Positions 47,101-59,100 of a DNA stretch of 64,000 nucleotides are shown here, one piece after another. Position numbers and translations under genes: made by a program. Under the pieces are notes generated by a model. The model saw only the letters and a list, made by a program, of their open reading frames with translations, was not told where the DNA came from and made no database searches. Each line of letters begins with the position of its first letter. Position 1 is the stretch's first letter. Source of the stretch: Oopsacas minuta (taxonomy: Eukaryota; Animalia; Porifera); contig JAKMXF010000088.1 of the NCBI GenBank assembly GCA_024704765.1, forward strand, positions 558,001 to 622,000, given 5' to 3'.

Positions 47101-50100
47101 CTTAAATACCATATTCCATGAATTGGCCAATTTGTATGATAACGTCATAAATAATGATAATAAAATGCTACCCGCCCGCATGCTTATATAGACATCATGT
47201 GTAGCTGAAACAAGTTTCTCATTAACAGGGGCCTTACTGTAATAAGTGTATATTGAATAGGAACTATAAGGTTCACACATAGATACTTAACATACCAAGC
47301 TAGGAGATGGTTACCCTGAGGTGTTTGTGAATCGAGCCAAGTGAAACAAGTTTGATTTGGTAAAGCAATGAAACTTATGCTGTCCCATTCTCCATTCAAA
47401 CGTCCTGATATCTACAAATTGATGCATACAGTCAACTCCCGTCGTTTCGAACACGGATATATTGAAATATCAGCTTATATAGAATTCTGGAATTGTACAG
47501 AATATGGTCCTGAACCGTCAAAGTTACATAAATTTGAATCAGTTATATCGAATACATTTCCACGGGCCCTTGAGATTTGATAAAAACTGGAGTTGACTGT
47601 ATCTCATGGAGCTTCTGTATCATGAGTGATATAATGTATTTACTATCCAAGTTAAGAGTGCCCAAGGCGCATAGATGAACACGAAGTATTATTTTGGGGT
47701 CACACCTCACAAGCAAGAGAAGTCGAATTTGTTATGTGTGAACAATTTACAATACAAGAAGGTTCAGATTTGGTATTTTTAGCATGGTTTATATGTCCTT
47801 GATGTACGCGGTAATACTCGAGTTATGATCGCGTATGCCATATTTTCATGATGTTTAATGTATTCAAGAATTCACCCACGATGAGACCTTAGATACAACT
47901 TAGAGGACATTTGAGATTCGTTGTAATATGGTGCATATAGTGATGGACACTCCCTACCTTACTTTACTGCATCATACTAATGATTACAGATAATAAGAGT
48001 GAAACCTTAAATTAGCTTACACGTAATCTGGAACTAATTGTTTATAGTACTCTATGTTGGAACAATGCGGAAAATATAAATGAGTATAAATAACAATAAA
48101 CACGAATAGTCCTTTACTTCTTACACGAATATGTCTGAGGATATTCAAGAGCAATCAGATGAACACTTTGACAAGATAAGTTCAGATTATGACCAGTTAG
48201 AATTCTATGGATTGAGCAAGACAAAATGGATCGTAGAGAGGGCAATCGACTATCTGGAAATTCAAGATTCTGAGACCATCGTTGATCTAGGAGGCGGCTG
48301 TGGAGACTTAATGAATGAAATTTGTATTCGAAAAAAGGTGAAAGGCTATTGTATGGATATTTCTATCAATATGCTGAAGGTAGGGAGAGAAAAGCACTTC
48401 CAAAACAAGAGTCTGGAATTTGTACATTTACCGATGGATGAGATCTCGAAATTCGAATTGCTAGCTGATAAATTCATTGTCGTATCAGCTATCCACTTTA
48501 TAAAGGAAGATAATCTTCAATCTTTCTACGAAACGATTTACAATAAACTGGGGAAATCTGGGAAAATCCTGATGGTAACTAGAAGGGAGAAAGTACCGAA
48601 CATTCCACTCATTGCTACTATACAGAAGATGTGGTATTCAATACCGACGAAAACCATCGAAGTGGCATTGGCGAAAGCAGGATTCAAAGTCTCCACCGAA
48701 GAGAGAATCTACAAATACGCTATTACGAAATCTCGTTGGTATGAACATATGACGAAACGGTTTATAAGCACGATAAGTACTGATGTGATATCTGATGAAC
48801 AGATACAGGTGGAAATCAAAGAGCTGGATGAAACTCTGCTGAAAGGGAAAGATATTGTGGAGTTTGATGATATTTGTGTGTTTATCGTAGGATCGAAATA
48901 GTTTAGTTATCTGTAAGAACTATTAGAAACTAGCTCGTTCTTAAATGCTGCGTATTTTACTGTTTCTCAGTGTGGTTACTGAGAGCAACAACACTTATTT
49001 TCTAGCATGCTTCACATGCTTGCGCTACGAGGTTTGAGACCTTCATGTCACCGAAGGCCCGTAGGGTCTCTTATTATGAACATTCCAGGGGGACTGATTG
49101 GGGACTTTAACGGGCCTGGAAAAATTTAAAACCAATCAATTTCGTCAATCCACCGGTTCACCAGCTTACCAGCCCATCTATCCACTTGCCCACAGACGTT
49201 TACCCGGCGTTCGGGTCGCCAAATCCTACCCTGGAACATACAGTTATTATTAGCTAAGCCAGTGGCTCCAATAAATCATCACATAAGCCCAAGACTGCGG
49301 AGCTTATAAATATTTTAATCAACAATTATTTTCTCTTTAACTTAACTAATAAAATTAATAATTACCTTAACAGCTTCTCCCTCAGCTAAAGTGGCCAGTA
49401 GAGTACCAGACGGATTGAATTGTAAAATCTGAATTACACTCTACCAATACAAATATGTAAATAGAAGGGGCAATTGGGATATTAACCGTTTGAATAAACA
49501 ACAACAACAACAACAAACAACTATATATTACCTCATGAAGTACTAGTGTCTTAATCCGTTCATATTCCCCATTAGTATTTATTTGTGTAAATATAGTAAC
49601 TGAACCCTTGCTTGATCCAAGAGCTAGAGTATGTCCAGATTCATCGAATATCATCTTGACAACGGCACCTAGGTGATGGAATGAACGTATAAAGTGTTCA
49701 TATATGTGATTCAATTGGTAATTATGTCGCACAAACAAACCATTGTCCGGTAACATCATATTATCCAATTCTTTAACTTCCAAATTTAATTTTCCATCAC
49801 CTGTCCTATCAAGCTTAATATCAGCTGATAATATACTACCATCTATACAACCAATAAGCAGGGAAGGAATGTATTCTATAGATTGTATCTTAGTGGTGGT
49901 GGACATATCAGCTGGTATGTAGCTTGTATAAGTTATTAATTTTCCTAATTCTTTGATTGCGTTGATCTTGTTGTTATTTACATATCCTGTGTACCAAACA
50001 TTGAGTGTATAGTCTCGACTAGCGGCTATGTATTCCCCAGTTTGCTATGAATAGAAATAATGAATAAATAATGAATTGAAAAACTGGGATACTTTCCTTC

Positions 50101-53100
50101 CTGGCTAAATATTATACATTTACACTTACATCAATTGCTATGTAAGGAAGTACAGTTGACGGTATGGGCTTAGGAGCTTCCTGATTATCAGCTGGCTGTA
50201 AGGATATTTCATCCAATTCATTGGATGTAAACTGAAGAGTTGAGGATACAGTAAGTTCCTCTGTTCCAACTTTATTCTTCCATATTTTTATTGTATTATC
50301 TTTTGATCTAAGAACAGTGTATGAATGTTCACACCTTTGGAAAATATATGAATCTTACATTGATAGAAGTTGAGCAGTTTTTTCACACCAAACTGAATTC
50401 ATAACCTATAGAAAATAAATTAAGGCGCGTGTTTTAGGCGCCAAATCGCATATATTGCGGCTGATTATTAAGCCCGCATAAAATCAAATTACTGAACCTG
50501 TTTATCATGACCTCTTGATTCCATCATTGCATCTACAATAATTACTTCTAAAAGAGGAAAATATGATAAAGTTTTTGTTATATTATTTCATATGGATAAG
50601 GAACAAGAATGTTCCCGCCGGTGTCCCTCTAGAACTCTTAGAGGAATTTCTGAAATTCGTATAATAATTGTAGTAACCTGGTTCTATCGTTGAATGTTGT
50701 CTCCGTCCTTTTGAGGTTACAAGCAGTTTCACCAGTTGTTCAGTGCTCCATTGCTTGTCTTCGCTCGATAAGTTCTTTGAGAATTCACAAGCAGATAGAG
50801 CATTTACTAGATTTTCCATACTGTAGAGAGTAGCTTCTGCTGTATCCATGTAAACAACAATATGTAAACAACAAATAAACAACAAGTAAACAACTTACCA
50901 GTGCCATTCGATCTGTTATCAGTAGAATTATAAACATCAATAACTATCTCAACCAGCAACTTTGTTACTGGAAAGTGAATCGTAGCAAACACAGTGCTGT
51001 CACTAATATTAGTGTGAGTGTCCAGGAAATAACTTTCTGGCGTATGCGTTGCTAAGGAAAATAGAAGCCAAATAATAGGCTATATCAGTGAGTTATCCGT
51101 GCTGAATAATATCCAAAAATGTGTGAATTATTAACTTTAGAATTTTCGACTCCGGGTGTACAACTGCACCCCAGAGACATGTACCAATTTCATGTCAATT
51201 GGACCGGTAGATTCCGCGGGATAGCGAACGCGAGGTCATATTATATCCTGCATTCTACTGTGATAAACAAAGTATTCAATTGACACTTAAAGTTGAAAGC
51301 ATTTAAGGATCTCACATTTTATGCAACATGCCAATAGCGGTCACTTTTAGCCACTCCAGGGGTTTATCTAAGTACTTGAGGGCGCAAAGTGCGGACCGTG
51401 AGGCTAAAATTAGTACAGATTCAATTTGTATATCCCAGGAGAGTCCTTCATAAAAAACGGCTGGATAAACCCCTGAGTAACTCCCTTAAGTACAGATTAG
51501 ATATGCGTAGCTTACCCTTGACTGCAGTTGCCATGATATCTCTTGTACAAATCTGTAATGTTCTAGCCAAAGACTCAGGATCTCTACTCAATACCTGTTT
51601 AATAGCAGAACTGATGCAGACACTGTCATCTAATTCTGAGTTATAGCTACCGAATCTATGTGTATACGACAAACGCAATAATCGTAGTAATACGTTCAAA
51701 TCTTGTGTACCTAAACAAACAAACAAATAAATATATGAAAAATTCAAAAAAATTTCAAAAGTAAACATGCCGAATTTGGTGTCTAATCAGAAGTGTGAAA
51801 GCAGAGTGAACAAACCTAAATTGACAATTCCAAACATGAAATCATCAGGCTTAAGCGATAGAGAAGAGAATGCGTGTAGAATCAATTGTCTAGCTATTTG
51901 TGTTTTGATAGAATTAGTAATTCTCTCAACTGCATTTATATACTCGTCTAGAGTAGATAAGTGAGAGCATTTGTTCTGTAGCCTTGTGTCTGTCTGTAAG
52001 AACACATTTTCCTAAAGTAAGATGAGTTGTCATTGATCAGAAAGTGTCCAAAACAGGATCGGGACCAGAAATACTGGCTAACCCCCTTGAAATATCAAAA
52101 ATTTACAGGAAACTCCACAAACGTGAAAACGGGGTAGCATTTTCGGCGTCCCTAACACTCCGTTTATGGGGTTACTGTACCTTTTCTTGAGTTATTTGAT
52201 TGGATTTGATTGCATCAGCTCCTAGACAATCCTCTGAACTAAAAAGAACTTGTTTCAGCTCAGATTGTGAAGATAGAATTACTTGGTTGCTATGCAAGAG
52301 CAGTCGTTTACAATTTTCCAGCAATTCACCAGCTATATCCGGTATATTCCTGTATATGTCACGAACTAAACAAATACAAAACAAAGTAATATTAGCAAGG
52401 AAGATTAGTTTCTTTTGAAAATAGAAAATTGTCACATTTTTACCGTAAAATGAGATCAAGAGTACAGAAAGCTTCCAACTATTGTTACCCTGTGTCTTAG
52501 AGATTAGCTAAGTATAATACTTACTGAATGAAGTGGGATCAGGCCCGCTAAGTAGATCTTTCTTTTCATTTTGTGTTCCTTGATTCTTTGGAGACGAAAA
52601 GTCTGTTCTGCTAAACTAGAAATATATTTGTTTATTTGTTTGTTTGTTTGTTTTTCATAACTCACATCTGGAAACAATCCCTCCAGCACTTTATCACTCT
52701 CAGATTTGGGTGGTATATCAGTTGCCAATACTATAGGATCTGTGGCAGGGGTACTGTACTGTCTAGGGGGATACGAACCTCCCGATTGAGCAAGGGTCTG
52801 TTCTAGAGTAAGAGGGAACAACAGGGGTTCATCTCTAGGGGGCAGAGGAGGCGGAGTTCCTGTTTCCCCTCCACTGTCATCTTCATTAGCATGTTCGAGT
52901 AACCACATCACCATGGTGCTAGCTGTAAATATACTTATGATTAATCTTATTTTCACACCTTTTGGTGAATATTTCAAAATTGTCTTAGAGATTAACTTCC
53001 ACCTGCTAATATCGGGTAAACAGGGACATAGAATTCAATTTTGACACTTTCAGATGTCTAACACGAATATTTGAATACTTACTTTGGTTTTCAATAGATT

Positions 53101-56100
53101 CATTAGAGCTCGGTTTGAGTTTCCTTCTTGCTCTATTCACCTGCTGGTTAGTAAACCCCATCTCTAGAAGGGACTCTGTATACGCTGGGGGAGGAGATTG
53201 GGGTCTAGTTTGGACAGGGGTGACAGGTCTGGGGGAAGGTCGTTTGGTCTTAGGGGGCAGAGGAGGTGGAGCATTTGGTGGGTGGTAAATAAGAGGTAGG
53301 TCGGGTGGAGGATTTGGTATAGCAGCGATCGCTAGTTCTGTCTCATTAGCTTTATCACTTCCAATTATTGCATCTATAACATAGCCATAAAATGAATTTG
53401 ATGATTGGATAAGAAACTATACCACAGGAATGGGATAGGGATTCATACACCATACTTATGGATTTGACACCTCTAAACATGCCCCCGGGGGTGTAGAACC
53501 TGGGATAGCGACCATGAGATTCGAATTAGCACAGGATCAATATGCTACCATCCAAAAGAGTGTCATTACTCCGTATAAATGAATTATGAATAACCTGCAC
53601 AGTCTAAATACAACTTCAACATTCCGTGTGAAGTGAGACTTCTCTGTACAGACTCTAGACATCCTATAGAAACAGCTGGGGAGAGAGGAGCTGGTGATGT
53701 AGACCTGGAAACAAGATGTCTCATTATTTGTTGTACAGCATGTGCTATATCCCCCTGATCTTCTATTACTGTATCTTGATTTATTGAAATAGGATGGTAG
53801 ATTAATAGGTGTAGGAAACGATCTTGCATTAATACAGCCTTGAAAAGTAAATAACAACAATAAACAAAATTATATAATTACAATCTGTGCCTACAATACC
53901 TGTAAAGTTCTAAGCGCCATTGTTTGTATCTGCCACATTAAGAATTGTCTCCATTCTAAAGAAGCTGTTACTGATATAGGAATAGTTGAGTTATCTTCTC
54001 TATACACTTGTCCATCTAATAGGTGTCTAGTAAACAAACAAGTAAATACATAAATAAATAAATAAACAAGTAAATACATAAATAAACAAACAAGTAAACA
54101 CATAAATAAACAAACAAGTAAACACATAAATAAACAAACAAGTAACAAACAATTCCTTACTTCGCATAACCTCTACTCAAGAACGGAGCTCCAGCAGTAA
54201 GTACATTCATTTCTTCATCATCCCATAATCCAGACAGATGAGCTAAGTTTAGAAGAGTAGTGGGACCGATCTGTTCCCAATCGAACCCCGCTAATTTGGG
54301 GAGTGGGACAGGTTCTACCTTGTCTGTTGGTCTAAATAAAGAAACCTCAAAGTTCCATATATCCATTGTATATATATATAGTGTTAGTTACAAATTGGGT
54401 TAATAAATTATAATCAAATATTTAGAACTACGAATATATAATTTTGATGGATAATTCATTCCAACTTGAGCCCACGGACGACAGCAGGGGTCCACAGAAT
54501 GTGTCATAATTGGTATAGGAGAACCGCTGACTGATTATAATTAGTATCATATTTACTGATAAACAAACAAACAAACATTAATATAATGACAAGAAACTCA
54601 AACGAAATAAAGGTAAATTCCCTAGCTAAAACTGCAAACAGAAAAAATTTGAAGTCGACATATTAAACTAGTTTACACCTATGAAAGTGGCTATTTCCTC
54701 AGCATTTCTCAGTGAAGAATTGGCTTATATGATTATTCATACAAGAAGAAGTTAAAAAGTTAGCAAATTCTCTGTAAAATTGAATTACTACTATATTGAA
54801 TTACTACTATATTGAATTAGAAAATGAATAGTCAGCTCCAGTTATATCCGAGCTGAAGGGACAGCGATAATTGCTTAAATATAACCGATTAAAGATATGT
54901 TACTTTGACGGTTTGGGGCCATATTTGTACAATTTAAGACTTCGATATGAGCGAGTATTTCCATATATAAACTGGGTTCTATAAACAGGAGTTGAGTGTA
55001 TATAAATACTGCCTTGTCTTCCAAAGTGAGATTCACTGCTTTCGATTGAGGTACACGCCTCCACGGGGCCTATTTTGGAATATGGCAGGGGGGTAGATAG
55101 AGATAGAAAGGGGTCCAAGACCAAAAGGGTTGGGTACATTCATTTAAACTCACAATGAGACAGGAATCTGTGATTTAGTCCCTGTTTGATAATACACTAA
55201 GGGTTGTTTATATTCTGTAAGACTTATAGCATCAAATATATCATCCTCTGTGTGGTACACAGATCCTCCTACGGTGAATACAGGAGCTGTATTAGCTAGT
55301 AGAGATAATACAGGCCATATTTGGAAACACAGGCGATGTACCTAATGTATATATTATTAATTTGACACTTTTCAATAACCTCACCCCAAAGGAGTGTTCA
55401 GATTTTAGTCCCCCTGGGCCCGCCCTGCCTGTCTCTCACCTCAATGTGTCCAGTTATGTTCCTATGTACCAAAGATTGTACGACATGATCCATTAGCTTC
55501 AATCTCTCATTACAACACTTCTGTATAGGATTTCTCCAACATTCAACATGCATTAATTTCCTTATCAGTCTGGTAAAACCTTCTCCGATTGATAAACGCT
55601 CATCTAGCAACGGTGTAGGTGTATAGGAATGTGATAATTCAGAGCGTATAAGGTCTAAAGTGTGTCTATGGGGAACAGTCATCTCACTGCATGTCTCAAA
55701 ACCAAGAAACTCAACCTGTAAACAAACAAAATAGTAAACAAATATCCCTGTGCCGAGGCACTAAATCAATGTGATTAGCCTAAAATTAAAAGGTGAGAAA
55801 ATACACACATCTTCACACCTTTTTCAGATGTCAGGTGCATAACTAGAGGTCACTTCTAGTATACGTGCCAAATTTTGTATCTTAATCTCTGAAGGTGTGA
55901 ACAGGAGAGTGAATATACATATATATGTCACTCAAATGGTCAGCACAGTAAAAATACAAACATCATGCATGATAATCAGTAAATACAAATAACTAACTGA
56001 TGACGTAACACTCTTGTTATTGAATGAAATGAAAGGGAAGAGGTTTGTCAGTGTAATATGTTGAAACACTTCCTCCAAGGGCTAGAAAGTAAATAATAAT

Positions 56101-59100
56101 AACAATAACAATAACAAGTAAACAAACAAACAAAATACAAAATACACTTACGTCAGAATTCTTTGCTAAATATAATTTCTTAGTGGCACTATCAAAGTGG
56201 CATCTAATAGTGTCGCCTGTGACACAAGGGCTAAAAAGCTCTGGGAGTTGTCCATCATGGAATAGGCTACCTGAAAAGGTGTCAACCGTCCAACAGGATT
56301 GTGTTGACTTTATATCAGTGTCTTGAAGTGGTTTGCAGGCTACTCCAATGAATACTGAATTATTTGCTGAGTCAGAGTTCGTTAATTTTATCTAAATAGA
56401 AAAGGTGATATATTTAATAACCGCACCCCCGGGGGGTTTTCAGAGGTCTAATCCATAAGTATAGTGCTTAAATCCCTGTCCTCATACAGGGTGGGGGTCA
56501 GACCATGGGTTCATCTAGGTGCTTAGCCAGAAATTCTTGGTCCACTTCCTCTTGCACTCAAACTTATCGCCTATTGTGAGGAAATAATTCAACACTTACC
56601 TTCCATAAATAATTCCCTGTATCCAGTTGATAATTCATAAACAAGTAAGTATCTCCTATAGCTGTTTTCTTGATGTTATCACCTTCTATCTTACAGGAAT
56701 TATTTGCACAAATATTCTCAAATATATATTTGTGAGTGTCAGATTGTGTCGAGGTGGCAGGTGTGTCGCCTTTTGTTATGTGGAAAACTGGTTGTGCAAA
56801 TTGGCATAGTGACATCTGGTTAAATAAGACATCTATTATCTAAGAGAAGAAAACATCAACAATATTTGGGAATAGTCGCCTCCCTCGCTGAGTGTAGCTA
56901 AATACCAACGAGGTAACCATGGAAACTGGGACATAACTTATCATTCAACGTCACAGAAGCACGTTAGGGAGTTGCTGAATAGATTCATATGCTATGATTT
57001 ATTGCATATACCTGTACAGACAACTGACATTATATCGAAGCTCAAGAGACCGCAATAATCACTCCAATAAACCGATGAGGTGAAATTTATGCTACTTTGA
57101 CGGTTTGGAATCATTTTTGTAGAATTTAAGATTTGATATAAGCGCGGGTTTCAATATAACGAGGGTTAACTGTGAGTATGTGAGTATATTATGTCCTCCG
57201 TACAAGGGTGTTAAACCCACAAACACCTCCCTAAACGGTCCCTTGGGGGCTAAAATCTAACAAACACCCAAGATTCTTTTCGAGTTAATACAAAACTTCC
57301 TATTAGATTAGATTAGATTAGATTAGATTAGATTAATTGTAAGAGATTGCAAAGGAATTTACAGAGAAACAATGATTACAGAAACCTCAAAGACGGAGAA
57401 GAACTCTCTATCCTGTGTTAGATCATATTCTTTAGATTCTCAAGAAAAAGGCAAAATTGTATTTGATTAGCAATCACTATTGCTTTACAATAGAGATATA
57501 ATGAGATTAAGGTTGAACATATGTAATAAGGCGTAATTAAATTATCAGCTAGGAATATCTCCTCTGCTGATGAGATATTCTGGTGTAAGCAACGAGGGAA
57601 TTCTGTGGGGAACGTGAAACTCTCGGTACATCTAACACGAATATATCAAAGTCTTACATTGTACAAATATGCGCCCAAACCCTCAAAGGAATATATTTCG
57701 CGGATTATATCGAAGGAATTATAGCGGTTCCTTGAGCTTCGATATAACAGGAGTTGACTGTACTTATAATCTGTGAATTATTAATTTGGAATCAATAAGA
57801 GTAAACAAAAATGTTGTCTTTATGAAGAGAATCGATAAGAAAACAAAATAATCTAGGTAAGTCAGTAATAAACCTCACAATTTTCCATAAAAATGTGATA
57901 ACCAAAATTGTAATTAATCTAGAAACAGATTATAGATTATGCATTGAGGACAGTTTATTGTACACATTATGAGAAGTGTTTAGCTGGTGTTATCCAAACA
58001 CGCTTCTTCTGACACTCACTTCTAAGATTCCATTGTCTAAACTTGTTGTTAGAACAGACATTTTATCTTTGGAATCAGTAGACTCTCGATAATCTGAACA
58101 GAAGGTTATGCAACCTTTGGAAAATGTTCAAAAGACATCATTGCATCCAATGCTACTGATATATCCAAATACTCGCTTATATCCAAGCGTAAAATTGTAC
58201 AAATATGGTCCCAAACCCTCAAAGGAATATGTTTCGTGGGTTATATCGAAATAATTGTCGCGGTTCCTTGAGCTTCGATATATTGTTTCAATGCATTTCA
58301 TTAATCCGAACGAGTTATTCTGCAATTGGAATTGGAAGCGAGGGAGGGTGTAGCCATTTATCGAAGAACCTCGTCAATACGAATTTCCCGATAAGACGAC
58401 CAGATTTTGAGTCCGTTGGTGTCCATATTAACCAGGTTCTGCTGTAACAAACAAAAGCAGACACTATTTGAAAAATTCCAATCATATTCGAGACAAGTAC
58501 ATAAAAGCTTAATGAATTTAGAGAATGTAAATGAGAATTGTTGACCTGGCAAACTGAATTGAGATTAATCATATGTTAAATCAAATAATAATTAGTCTAA
58601 AATTAAACACAACAATTTTAATAAAAAACTCGAAAATTATTAAAATCACACCTCACCTATAATCAAATAATTACATTGAAATTGGCTATTCCATGAGTTT
58701 CAAACCCGGAATGAAATTATTCGAGTTTATAGTTCGTTATTATACAAAATCGAGTGTGAGTGATAATTTAAAAGCTCCGAGTATCCCTTGGTATCTCAGA
58801 TATAGCAAGTATATATGAAAAGTAACAGCTGGAAATCAAGAAAATTGTATCCATAATTTGTCTAGGAATTTCTAATACATTATCATGCGCGTCGATTTAG
58901 CTATGTGAAACTGCTGGAATAATTGTCTGCTGTGTGTTTGGTAAGTTGCACTATCATCCGTTTTATAAGATTTGGAGTGCAAACTGGCTTAAGTTTTGAT
59001 TAGTTTTCAATAAAATGGTAGCACGCGTGCTCCACTTTATTTGTGACACAGTGGCAGAGTTAATAGAGTCACTAAATCACAAACAGAACAACATAACCAG

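Noticed and set aside
49078-49257. GC-richer island with a 59-aa ORF (MNIPGGLIG...)
   Set aside because: No recognisable motif or splice context; the flanks look like a repeat remnant.
57975-58125. Minus-strand peptide ending [12 protein letters not shown], resembling an HSP20 strand
   Set aside because: Part of the frame is a MITE terminus (cagtagactc), and I could not find a start or in-frame upstream exon.
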